Assembly (NCBI GenBank): GCA_020137815.1
Contig: CM035360.1
Location: 7,006,001-7,070,000 of the forward strand
Direction: 5' to 3'
DNA length: 64,000 bases
DNA from: Hormiphora californensis
Taxonomy: Eukaryota > Animalia > Ctenophora
Under the pieces are notes generated by a model. That model saw nothing but the letters and a program-made list of their open reading frames with translations. It searched no databases and was not told where the DNA came from. Position numbers and translations under genes: made by a program. Positions 25,901 through 36,563 of this stretch are shown here, one piece after another; position 1 is the stretch's first letter; the number at the start of each line of letters is the position of its first letter.

Positions 25901-28596
25901 TCAGATAGTGCAGCTGCTAGGTGCAGGTGACAACAAATGGAGGGCTACTGTTAGTGTTACTGAGGGCCCCAAGAATGGCAGGTTGCTGGGAACTGATGAG
26001 GTTACATTCACACTGGGTTACGGAAACCTAACTGATATCAGGTGGGTTGTATTTGCCTAGCTCGATCCCCCCTTTTTGTGAGCTCCGACAAATGTAAAGG
26101 AGGGTTAGAACATAACAAGGTTGTATCAATACATTAATACAATACATTGATACAATACATTGATACAATAGCCCCAACAGTAGACTTGAATAGCTCCAAA
26201 AGTAGACTTTTAATTGACTGGAAATCAACACCCCCCCCTCTCCAGGCTGTCTAGGAAGGGTAACTACAAATTGAAATTGAAGGTCACCCACCCTTCAACT
26301 GTCAACCATGAAATCAATGACATCGAGGTAATCAGACTCGATTGCAAAAAAAAACATCTACGTTCGAATAAACTGTTCCCTATTTTCCGGCTATTCATAT
26401 TCCCTTGAAATAATTCCCTTCTGCCAGGTTGAAGTTATTGAGCAAGATGAGAATAGTCCCCACAGACGTATACAACTCAAGTTCAATGCCGACTACTCCA
26501 CTATTGTAACGGATCGAGATGGTAAGAACTGCAGCTAGTTGGAAAGTGGGCTATTAAATTTCCAAATAGGACAGCTAGGGTAGACGATCCCTTCCAGTTA
26601 TAGGACTCCTATACCTACTACTATAATAGTATATGAGTCATATAACTGGAAGGGCGCTATAATAGACAATCCCTTCTGACTCCTTGTTCAGAACTCACAA
26701 TATATTTCCATCTTCAGATTTCACCTCCTATATGTCAACCTTGTTGTCCACCAAGTACCCCGACTACAAGTTTGAGGATGTTGATCACTATGAGGGATCA
26801 CTGATTGTCGAGGCTACCGTATCTACATCTACCTCAAACAAGGATGGTAGGTTAACACGGGGGTTATAGACCAATTAGCAGATCTACCTGGATCTAAACC
26901 ATGGCTAACCTTTCACCCCCACTAGATACCTGCAGATCTAAACCACGACTAACCTCTTGCCCCCCCCCCCCATTCCCCTCATTACCACCCCCTCCCCAAC
27001 TAGATACTGATGCTGCTGTGAAGAAGATGAGTAGTGATATTGATACTGCTGGATTCAAGATAGAGTACAATGGAGCCTCTGTTGACATCTCTGACTTTGA
27101 TGGAAACGGTAAGAATATAACATAACATGACGTCACTGTCGTGAAATGTGACGTCACATGACATAACATGACGTCACATAACATGACATGTCACATGTCA
27201 CATTTCACGAACAACACAGCCACCTCAGTGGAAACTTTTCATGAGTTGAGGTGGCTGACAGTAACTTACTGAGTTAGTGTATTTCCCTCCCCTCCTTTTT
27301 GGTCCTCCTCCCCCATATGAACCCTTCTAATGTCTACAGAGGTGGTAATCCCCGAGCCTGAACCGGGCACTGAGGATAATGGAAATGATGGGTGTAAGTG
27401 TAGAGAGAAACTCTTTCTTAGAAAGAGGAGCTGGTGTATTTAGATAGTACTGTCCAGGAACCGACCGAATCAGGAAATACTGGTCCCTGATTGGCTGATA
27501 ACCAGTCACGTGACCTAAATAACGAGTTTTGATTGGTTGTTTACTTGTGTCGGTCGGTTCCTGGTACTGTCCGTTACACACAGAGAGAGAGAGAGAGAGA
27601 TCAGGGTTACTTCTCTCTCTCTTTGTTTGGTTGCCTGTGATATATGCTGGGGTTTTATGTGAAACCGTTTTGTTGGTACCTTGGTCCCTCCTTTACTGTG
27701 TGAAAGAGGTACCTATTAGGTACCAAACCGTTTGGGGATTGTACGTGATGTTTCCCATTCCAGTTGCCATCCACTATCTCTCCCCAACTAACACTCCCCC
27801 CTCCTCTCTCAGCTGACGGTGGTGGTGAGGTGAACACGGCTGCCATTATCATCCCTATCTTCATGGTACTGGTTATCGGATGTATCCTGGTTGTGGGTCG
27901 ATACCTTCAGGTACATGTCACATATCATTGATACATGTCGCCAGATGTCGTGCAGTAGATCTCATCCTCTGGACTTGGGCTCTCTATTTTTCTAACTGTG
28001 TGCCCCTATTTTATATCCATTTATTGATATTTCAGGTGAGAAAGAACAGGTCCAGGGTCTCTGAGATTCAGGTTTTGGAGATGGATCAGAAAAAGAAGAA
28101 TCCCACCACAAAGTATGTTGCAACCCGTTAGTTCTCTTTAGAGTTTAGTATCCGCCTTTAGAAGTATTTAATCCCACTTTTTATTATACATCTAAAAGAT
28201 CCCTCTCCCACAACCCCTTTCCAAGAACCCCCCTCCCCCATATCTGAGCTAACTCTTCCTCCCCTACTTAGTGGTGATGAAGAAGGAGGGAACGTGTATC
28301 ACAACCCCAGTGCTACCAAGATCTGTGAGTATGAGGATTATTACGAGGAGCCGCTAGATAACCATGACTACCATGGTTACCACGAAGACGATGGTTACCA
28401 TGGTTACCAAGACGATGGTTACCATGGTTACCACAATGCTGCTGACCCCGTTACTGTTCATGTTACTAATGGGGCTGCACCTCCCCGGAAAAAGAAGCCC
28501 TCCTCTGAACTGCGAACCACAACAAGTGCTGTCACCGCTGAACCTAATACCTCTGCCATCGCTAGGGTTGCAGGTAGAGCTGAGCGTGAATTGTGA
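3369..28596 (+). CDS. PKHD1L1: Fibrocystin-L / PKHD1L1-like giant type I membrane protein (multi-exon; 5' part lies upstream of the window)
   Basis: GT-AG exons translate to repeated IPT/TIG domains (e.g. 3684-3915 TPTITNV..IDGSGF..CTVVSATNDKITCKI), G8 domain 1 (WSSIYTWGG..PVAGD..VYLDEDTPLLKALLLRGGHLIFDD), PbH1/TMEM2-like region (AGQAFRLGRYPIHFH, HHTFNRAVTVHG, FWIVNPQN..NNVAAGSTHFGFW), G8 domain 2 (~17533), DCVDMPCDAKKK, LNGPMDHGWCGGYTCQQRISTF, furin-type ESRRRKR (24727/24916), TM helix AIIIPIFMVLVIGCILVVG (27840-27898) and last exon 28272-28596. Orthology to PKHD1L1 versus PKHD1 is not resolved. Confidence 0.9.
4905..4997 (+). mobile_element. Truncated copy of the 109-bp hAT-type MITE
   Basis: Matches the full copies from AGGAACCGACCGAA to GTTTACTTGT; right TIR missing. 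Confidence 0.85.
5018..6582. mobile_element. 1.56-kb foldback / non-autonomous Tc1-mariner-like element
   Basis: ~750-bp near-identical inverted arms around a ~57-bp spacer (5769-5825); ends TA|CAAGGTGGCCC ... GGGCCACCTTG|TA. Confidence 0.9.
6602..7213. mobile_element. Unclassified 612-bp element with a cloverleaf left end, flanked by TATA
   Basis: Three hairpins closed by ACTCCCTCCC/GGGAGGGAGT (6609-6769); internal TAGACCCCGCTGGC pairs with terminal GCCGGCGGGGTCTA; removing it restores atgatatattcttttatttgga, also present at 4881-4902. Confidence 0.75.
7280..7388 (-). mobile_element. 109-bp hAT-type MITE
   Basis: TIR CAGGAACCGACCGAA/TTCGGTCGGTTCCTG; 8-bp TSD GTTGTATC. Confidence 0.92.
8598..9797. 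mobile_element. ~1.2-kb foldback element, mariner-type TIR (CAGGGTGTCCC)
   Basis: ~365-bp inverted arms around a ~460-bp unique middle; right end ACACCCTG|TA; outermost bases of the left end are lost. Confidence 0.85.
10013..10129 (+). mobile_element. hAT-type MITE (109-bp family, 8-bp internal duplication)
   Basis: Same TIRs; 8-bp TSD TGTTTTAT. Confidence 0.92.
10269..10364 (+). mobile_element. Left-truncated copy of the 109-bp MITE
   Basis: Right TIR intact; sits between two copies of atattgacagtracaytatttaatcagg. Confidence 0.85.
10879..10967. repeat. (TCTG)n microsatellite, intronic
   Basis: About 22 perfect units. Confidence 0.97.
11236..11318. repeat. 24-bp minisatellite containing X-box-like GTAACCATGGTAAC
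   Basis: Three full units plus a partial one. Confidence 0.9.
16579..17203. mobile_element. 625-bp palindromic MITE, Tc1/mariner-type
   Basis: TA|CTGGGTGTTCATTTTGG ... CCAAAATGAACACCCTG|TA; arms extend almost to the centre (~16880). Confidence 0.9.
19026..19090 (+). mobile_element. 65-bp micro-element (TTGCCTAG...GGAGGGTTAGA..TAACAA family)
   Basis: Flanked by direct repeat TAAACTGAC; internal hairpin TGTGTTTCG/CGAAACACA. Confidence 0.7.
20632..20813. mobile_element. ~180-bp cloverleaf (multi-hairpin) element
   Basis: Outer stem ataaccacggctagta/tactagccggggttat, inner stem gatgaaatttgataa/ttatcaaatttcatc, three hairpins including GCTTCGC (GCGAAGC on the minus strand); TATA at both ends. 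Confidence 0.7.
21018..21118. repeat. 21-bp minisatellite containing X-box-like GTTACCATGGTTAC
   Basis: Four to five units of gttaccatggttacacgttca. Confidence 0.9.
22557..23432. mobile_element. 876-bp foldback element with TA TSD
   Basis: TA|CCGTGTGCGGCAAAA ... TTTTGCCGCACACGG|TA; ~330-bp arms, ~220-bp middle. Confidence 0.9.
26053..26118 (+). mobile_element. 66-bp micro-element (same family as 19026 and 36771)
   Basis: TTGCCTAG...AAAGGAGGGTTAGAACATAACAA; 8-bp TSD GGTTGTAT. Confidence 0.75.
27455..27563 (+). mobile_element. 109-bp hAT-type MITE
   Basis: Same TIRs; 8-bp TSD GTACTGTC. Confidence 0.92.
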
Positions 28597-29237
28597 TGTT
28601 TGTTTGTGTGTTTGTTTGTGTGTAGGATCATTATAACTACCTTCACTTGTTCTTGCTACATGTTTGCATTGTCAGCATTGCACAAGGAGCTTTACTAGCT
28701 CTTAGAACTCGGTTCAATCGATAGACATATTGTTGTATGGTGAATGGGGTATTGCCTTGTCTTAAAACTCCCATCCCCAGTCCACGGAGTAGAGGGTATC
28801 AGTAATCTCAGGCGACGATGTACGTGTGTAACGCATGTGCATCTAGTCTTGTAGACATTTTCATTTATAATAGGTCATGCTAAAAACGAAAATAACATTC
28901 AGAAATACTGTCTGTTTGATTATTTCCTTGATAATTATTGTCCCACTGATTTCATTGATTTATGTCCTGAAATATTCCTGTTGCAGAGGATCCCGGTGCA
29001 TTTATTGCTAGCCTCTGGAAATAAAACAGAACACATTGATTGTGCAATTGAGCGTGGTGATTATACTAGCATCCCTAGTTAATTAGCATAATCTCCCATT
29101 AACTAATTAGTTAATTAGCATCCTCTCCAATTAACTTATTAGTTAATTAGCATCACTCTATCAGCAACTTTACATGTTTCCTAATGTGTTCCTAACTAAA
29201 GCCCCCTCCTTCTCCTACACATTGTGCAGCACTACAA

Positions 29238-31117
29238 ATGGTATGGGGAGCGGTTAGTCGTCGAACCAGTGCCTCACATTATACTCCCATTGACACCAAC
29301 AAGTTCGAGGATTTCGTGTCACGTGACAATCTCGTGACAGGTAACGGGCATGTGTAATTAGGCCGGTAATTAGGCTTGTGATTAGGCTTGTAATTATGCC
29401 GGTAATAGGATTACTGGTATTTGATTCAAAAAGCTATTTGTTGAGTTCAAAATGACTACCAAATAATTGATTCCAGCAGCAGTGACCAGTATTTGGAACT
29501 GTCCAATGGAGACAGTTCCAAAGATTAGATAGACAGTCCATCTAATTTAAATCTTGACTCTATAATTTGAGGTAGCAAATAATTGTGTGTGACTGTGAAA
29601 TTAAAGTAATGTGATTGGGTAAAACTAAAGTGTAATTCGTAAATTGTGAATAAATTGTAATTGGGTTTCGCTACCGCAAGCTGATTCGCTAATTCCTCCA
29701 TTTTGATACCCCGCTAAAAGCAGTCTTAGCTTTCCTTAACTATTTCCCGATTCCCTAACTCTCCCTGCAGCACCCCTATCTATAGCACCCTCTAACCTCC
29801 TCTGGCCCCCTCCTCTCTAACCTCCCCTATCTATAGCCCCCGGCCCCCCTTATCTAACACCCCTCCCCCTCCCAGAGTGCACTGCCCCCCTTCTAACACC
29901 CCTCCCCCTCCCAGAGTGCACTCCCCTATCTATAGCCCCCTTCTAACACCCCTCCCTCCCAGAGTGCACTATAGCCCCCTTCTAACACCCCTCCCCCTCC
30001 CAGAGTGCACTGCCCCCTTCTAAAACCCCTCCCTCCCAGAGTGCACTATAGCCCCCTTCTAACACCCCTCCCCGTCCCAGAGTGCACTCCCCTATCTATA
30101 GCCCCCTTCTAACACCCCCTCCCCCTCCCAGAGTGCACTACCTATCTATAGCCCCCTTCTAACACCCCCTCCCCCTCCCAGAGTGCACTATAGCCCCCTT
30201 CTAACACCCCTCCCCCTACCAGAGTGCACTACCTATCTATAGCCCCCATCGAACACCCCCTCCCCCTCCCAGAGTGCACTATAGCCCCTTCTAACACCCA
30301 GCTCCCCCTCCCAGAGTGCACTACCTATCTATAGCCCCCGCCCCCCCCCCTTATCTAACATCCAGCTTCCCCTCCCAGAGTGCACTCCCCTATCTATAGC
30401 CCCCTTCTAACAACCAGCTCCCCCTCCCAGAGTGCACTGCCCCCTTCTAACACCCAGCTCCCCCTCTCAGAGTGTGCACTATAGCCCCCTTCTAACACCC
30501 CTCCCCCTCCCAGAGTGCACTACCTATCTATAGCCCCCTTCTAACACCCAGCTCCCCCTCCCAGAGTGCACTATAGCCCCCTTCTAACACCCCTCCCCCT
30601 CCCAGAGTGCACTACCTATCTATAGCCCCCTTCTAACACCCAGCTCCCCCTACCAGAGTGCACTATAGCCCCCTTCTAACACCCAGCTCCCCCTCCCAGA
30701 GTGCACTATAGCCCCCTTCTAACACCCAGCTCCCCTCCTAGAGTGCACTGCCCCCCTTCTAACACCCAGCTCCCCCTCCCAGAGTGCACTCCCCTATCTA
30801 TAGCCCCCTTATCTAACACCCCTCCCCCTCCCAGAGTGCACTACCTATCTATAGCCCCCTTCTAACACCCAGCTCCCCCTACCAGAGTGCACTATAGCCC
30901 CCTTCTAACACCCCTCCCCCTCCCAGAGTGCACTACCTATCTATTATAGCCCCCTTCTAACACCCAGCTCCCCCTCCCAGAGTGCACTACCTGCAATGAA
31001 CTGAAGAACACATGGCCCTGTCCCATCTGTGGAGCGGCAAGATACTGCAGTAGGGAGTGTCTAGATAGAAACTGGGCAGCACACCATTCTACATGCAGAC
31101 CTCGAACCAAGCCATAG
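29238..31117 (+). CDS. Small MYND-type zinc-finger protein (coding exons 29238-29340 and 30981-31117; ~79 aa, further upstream exons possible)
   Basis: Phase-1 join gives MVWGAVSRRTSASHYTPIDTNKFEDFVSRDNLVT-E-CTTCNELKNTWPCPICGAARYCSRECLDRNWAAHHSTCRPRTKP*, matching the MYND pattern Cx2C-x8-Cx2C-x5-Cx3C-x7-Hx3C with the typical YCS and W. Confidence 0.8.
29775..30992 (+). repeat. ~35-60-bp-unit minisatellite (~25 copies) built from the 3' splice site of the MYND exon
   Basis: Unit: ctatagcccccttCTAACacccctccccctccCAG|AGTGCACT. Confidence 0.95.
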
Positions 31118-31210
31118 AGGGTGCAGTATTACTGTCACAGTGGCAGTGACAGTTTAGTGCGTGTGTGTGTCAGCGAGATGTATTTTCACAGGACACAATA
31201 TATTATTTTA

Positions 31211-31650
31211 CTAGATCCAAAAACCAAACAAGTTTGGTGGATAGCCGGGGCCGCAGAAATTAAAAAACGTGCGAAAGTTTTGATACATGAACTTTCGGGG
31301 CCTGGGGTGCTGTTAAATTCGCGTTTCCATGATTATAACCAATAACATTTTCAAACTATACGCCAGGAAAACTAGTGCAATGATCAAACCATTAATTTAT
31401 TCCACATTATCACATGTCACATCCACACATGTCACATATATTTACTGTGCACAGTGGGTCGTTTCAGAGTCTGTTTTACAGAATAATATTATTATGATAA
31501 TAGTGTGTTTTGAAAGAACGGCTGACTATCATGGAAACGCGAATTTAACAGCACCCCAGGCCCCGAAAGTTCATGTATCAAAACTTTCGCACGTTTTTTA
31601 ATTTCTGCGGCCCCGGCTATCCACCAAACTTGTTTGGTTTTTGGATCTAG
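31211..31650. mobile_element. 440-bp MITE with TA TSD
   Basis: TA|CTAGATCCAAAAACC ... GGTTTTTGGATCTAG|TA; ~123-bp arms. Confidence 0.9.
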
Positions 31651-31769
31651 TATCAGGCATTTTGTTATACTATGACATGCTGCATGCATTTTGTAATACT
31701 AGCTTAATTTAATAAACGCGGATTGAGGATTCGCAGACTTTTTAAATCGTAGGTACTTATAGGTAGCCT

Positions 31770-32110
31770 CATAATAATCGCAGATATCCAATCTCGGATA
31801 TCAATCGCGAATAACTTATATCATAGTAATCGCCGACAACCAATCGCGGATAACTTAGCAGTTATCAATCCGTTATAAGCTATCGCGATTAGCTATCGCG
31901 ATTAGCTATCACGATTAGCTATCGCGATTAGCTATCTGCGATTAGCTATCCGCGATTGGTTACTATTATATTACTTATTTCGCGACAAGTTATCGTGGTT
32001 AGTTATCCGCAATTACAATTGGTTCTCCGCGATTGGTTCTCCGCGATTAATCTATGATTTTGATTATTAGTCACGGATAATGATCACGGATAAGCATGAA
32101 TAATCAGATA
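31770..32110. repeat. Inverted array of short ATCGCG(G)ATAA / TTATCGCGATT units
   Basis: Degenerate ~11-13-bp units whose orientation flips near 31865. Confidence 0.7.
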
Positions 32111-32114
32111 TATC

Positions 32115-33262
32115 TGATAAAATCAGGTTCTAGATGCTAATTCGCTCTTTTCTCGGTGGTTTTTAAAATCGTCTTATATTTAAGACAGTCGTAACTCTAG
32201 ATATGACTACCAATTACAACTGAAAATGCGGCAGTAAGGCTAGCTTTCTGATTCAATGTTAATCTAGACTCTGAAACGCTTCTTTCTAGGCGTTTTTAAA
32301 ATCGTCTTAAATTTAAGACAGTCATAAATCTAGATATGACTTCCAATTATATCTGAAAATACAGCAGTTGACCTACATTGGCAAAATATATGTGATAAAA
32401 TCATGATTTACAGTTTAATTTGCTCTTTTCTAGGTTTTTTAGAAAATTGTCTTAAATCTTAATACAGTCAGATGCCCATAACTGACGAACCGCAACTCGG
32501 ATTTGCTTGAAATTTTGAACGTGTGTTCAAGATGTCAAGGCAACACAACGTACGAAGCGGCGTGTTCGTAAAACGACGGGAAGGTTGTCTAAGACGCCAA
32601 AGAAAACTTAAGACAGTCATAACTTTTGTTATGACTGTCCGTTTTCTCTGTCCAAGCTTTAATACAAGGTACACCACTAGACCTACCGACTCCCAAAGTT
32701 TCATGGTGATAGCTTTAAAACTGTGGCCTTTATTGTGTACGCAAAAAAGTCGTTACTTTACGGTCGTTAGTCACGCTAAAAGCGGCCCTTTTGTCTAAAA
32801 CACGACCATCTGTAGCGCAAAAACCGTAACTCCGATTTGCATGAAATTTTGAACGTGTGCTCTAGGTGTCAAGGCAACACGAACTACCAAGCGGCATGTT
32901 CGTAGTACAACGGGAAGGTTGGCTAAAAAAAGGTTGAAATTGCCGATTTCAGACAATAAGTATAGTAGCGCTGTCACAATTTTCAAAAATTTTCAAAAAT
33001 TTTCAAAAAATTTTTTTCTCGCAATTTCGATTTTCTTTTTACTGGGAGTAAAGATGCTTGTTGGAGGGAAATTTTGGGGGAAATGATGGTTGGGGGAAGG
33101 GAGGATTGGGCCCCGGGCGCTTGCCAGCGCTATGACTTCGGCGTGACCCGATCGTGAGATTATGATGGGATTATGAGCCCTAATAAACTGTCTGGCGCCG
33201 CCGACCCCATCTGAGGGCACTGTCGAGAATCAAATTGGGGTCTGGCGCCGCCAGACAGCAAA
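32115..33262. mobile_element. Non-coding interspersed repeat, Helentron/DINE-like (tentative)
   Basis: Internal ~140-bp and ~340-bp duplicated blocks (ttaagacagtcata; aactccgatttgcatgaaattttgaacgtgtg), short hairpin GCGCTTGCCAGCGC shared with 63361 and 63627, terminal GC-rich inverted repeat 33188-33259. Confidence 0.5.
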
Positions 33263-34376
33263 TAAATGTTTAAATCAGTTTTGATTCATATACATATCTA
33301 CATATCTATGATTATTATATCAACATGATTATGAGCTGTGCATGTTATTATTTAGCGTTTTTAGTGCTATGTAAATAGTTTGTTTAGTGTTTTTATCCTG
33401 TTTACTATATATAGTGTTCTCCTTTGTAAAATCAGTGAATCAAGTGATTAAGATAATTAAGATGATTAAGTTGTGTGACAATTTGTAACGAAAGTGAGTT
33501 ATATTATTAGTACAGTACCTCTTACCAAAATAACTACTTCTTTTTCCTTAATCACAGCTGTATAATTTTGAAGCTAAATTTTGTATACAGTTAACTTGTA
33601 CGTGTGTGTAATGTACATGAAGTACAGTTCCACTTGCCATGCTACGCAGTCTGTCTATCGGCACTTAAGCTCTGTCTATCGGCACTTACGCTCGCGTAAG
33701 CTCACACCGGGCCGAAGGCCCGGTGTGAGAGCTGACAGACAAGGAACATGTCAAAGTTCCACGTGACGAGACCGCCCACTGACGTACACGCATTTCAAAA
33801 TTCCGTAACGCGCGAATTATTTCAATACATGCGCCATGCAATGCCGCGCGTAAATTTTTGATCGTGCGCGCGATAAAAACTGTTTATTTCATGTAAAAAA
33901 ATGGATCCGATCGCGATCCCGCAAGCCAACGTTAAAATCAGAAATCTGGGTGTTTGGAGTGTCAGCACTCACGGTTTTTTAGGGTTAGGGCTGGAATTTG
34001 GGTCGGGGTTAGGGCTTGAAATTTCCTATCAGACAAACTTTGGATTAGCCAAAACGGTTGGGTGGTTTGGCAGTTAGAGCCGTTTTAGTGCAGGGTACTT
34101 TTTCTGCAGAGTGCAGCTCGCACCTGTAAACAGGCCTCCAAACACCCAGATCGTAATGGCGCCCGTTCCCGCATGCGGGCAAAGAGTTCAAAATTTTTGT
34201 TTCTGCTTCACTTTTTCAATAACATATTATTTTGAAGTTTATAGATCCCTAACTGGCTATGAAAACCTTTCCCAGAATTCGAATTCCTACCAGTTCTCAT
34301 TGTGGCTGGATTCAATTCACTGCTTGCATAATTCACAATATGTCGTACCATTTGTCTTTGTTGTTGCATTAAGATT

Positions 34377-34552
34377 TATAATCAATAAACTCAGGTTTGT
34401 AAGAAAATATACACCCCTCACTCCGTTCGGGGGAGTATATCATGTGTATCCACTATCCCGCTCCCCTTCGGGAAGCGGGCTACACATGACGCACAATCGG
34501 ATCCTCCCTAGCGGGAGGCCCACGCGATATAAACTCGGGTTTATTGATTATA
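34377..34552. mobile_element. ~175-bp cloverleaf (multi-hairpin) element
   Basis: 25-bp outer stem tataatcaataaactcaggtttgta / tataaactcgggtttattgattata enclosing three hairpins (e.g. cccgctcccc-ttc-gggaagcggg). Confidence 0.7.
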
Positions 34553-34883
34553 TATTATCGCCTGTAAAAAATCTCTAAAGCAGACATACAAAATCACTGC
34601 TCAGAGTAATTGAATTCAAAAACAACTAATTGGCATTTCAAAAACTAATTGTTTTCTTTCCCTCTGTATAGCAATGCCACTACCGGACAGTGGCAAGCCA
34701 CTCTGTATCTGTCAGATTTGCGAATGTGGGTAAGTAACTACGTAGTAAACAGTATTTACTATCCCCTTGAGGGCAATCTTCCTCATTTTATCTCAAGAAC
34801 TTTAGAATAACATTTCACACTGTCCACAACAAATATTCCTCTTATTTGAAACTCATGAAAGACACCGTTGTTATCTCACTCAA

Positions 34884-36183
34884 TCATGAAAGCCGCTTTT
34901 CACCCTCTGTCGGGAGCGAAGCAGCTGTAGAGGGCTGATCCATACCTGCCAAGTACTTCTCAACCAGCAGCTCCACCATTCGTTTTTTATACAGCTGCTG
35001 GTATTCCAGATACCTGAATGAAGGAATGTTAACAGTGCTGCTTGTAGTCGTATTACCGTAATGGAAAATACAGTAACGAAACGTTTTACTATACTCAGTA
35101 TAGTTTCAATTTTATTGGCGACAAAAAGCAGTAGAGGTATAGGAATTAGTAAAGCATACCTTGCAACCCAACTTGAGGGTCCTTTAGAGCTTGATGCTGA
35201 ACCGGCTGGTCCTTTGGCTAAAGGTTTCCCCTCTCCCTTCAGAGATTTCCTCCATCGTGCTCTCCTGTTTTGGTACCATACCTTGGATGATATGATTTAC
35301 GGTAGAGAATTGGATCACAATGATCTGTGCAGCAGTCTTGTATTTTCTACTCCCTCAATAGCTCACCTGAACGCAGTTCTCTGAAAGGTGTATCTCGGCC
35401 GCAAGACGCTCCCTGTAACTCTGATCTGGATATTGCGTGATCCTAAACGCCTCCTCGAGTCTCTCTAACTGGTGGCCGGTGAACCTTGAAACGGGATTAA
35501 TTGGGTTAATTGCAGCTAGTTGTGAAATGCTTGTCAATTTATTCTAATCGCATCTCTCAATATTGTCACAGTGCATCGGTAGCTTCTAAACTAAATTTAG
35601 ATCCCTTACCTCGTCCTATGTCGCATTGTCCGTTTACTACAGTTGTTATGTCGGGAGGTCTTCATCTTGAGGGAACCCTGCTTATCCAATGACACTGTAA
35701 CCTCCTGACTTTTGTCATATATCACGTGACTCTTGTCATACATCACGTGACTCTTATCATACATCACATGACTAGGCGATATCACGTGATCTGCTACACT
35801 ACACGTTGCAGAGACCTGATCCAGAGCTGAAGGGTACGAGATAGTAGTAGAGAATGGTTGGAGAATGGGTCTTGTTGGGATTGTAACTCCAGTGTCGCTG
35901 GTTTTCATAACTCCTGCCGCTGCTGCAGCTGCGGTACCTGGAGCACAAAGTCGGTATAAGTAACATCTGTAAATGGCAACAATAGCTGCCAATCTAAATA
36001 ACCCCCGAGCAAATACTATCCAGGCATTATTGTAAACTCAGTTTTTTTCGGGGGTGGGGGTGGGTGGGGGGGGGGGGGTAAACAAGCATCATATTACTTT
36101 GACTTACCAGCTAGATAGAAGCTTGTAATGGCAGGTATTGTTCCACTACCCAAAATACTCTCAATACTGTAACTACCTGACAT
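34884..36183 (-). CDS. PRD-class (paired-like, Q50) homeobox protein with N-terminal eh1/octapeptide motif
   Basis: Exon 1 (36183-36108) MSGSYSIESILGS..; spliced homeodomain MRHRTR|FTGHQLERLEEAFRITQYPDQSYRERLAAEIHLSENCVQ|VWYQNRRARWRK with the PRD-typical intron between residues 46 and 47. The 3' end (TGA at 34884) is tentative. Confidence 0.88.
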
Positions 36184-36381
36184 AATAAGAGGACGTACCA
36201 CGAGTAACAAATCAAAAAGTACCAATCTAAGATTTGAGAGAAAAAGCAGGACTTGAGGGGTTCGTGATTGGGAGCTTTTTCCGAGAGGGATTTTTAATTA
36301 ATGCTTCATCAAAGAGGCGGGGGACACATGTCACCTGATTCCGTTAGGGGGTTCCATGTGATGGAGGTGAATCGTGGAGAT

Positions 36382-36563
<182 letters not shown>

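Noticed and set aside
29775-30992. CRISPR-like look of the regularly spaced repeat
   Set aside because: No unique spacers, no cas genes, eukaryotic intron context.
33979-34015. TTAGGG units as an interstitial telomere
   Set aside because: Only 2-3 degenerate units inside a repeat element.
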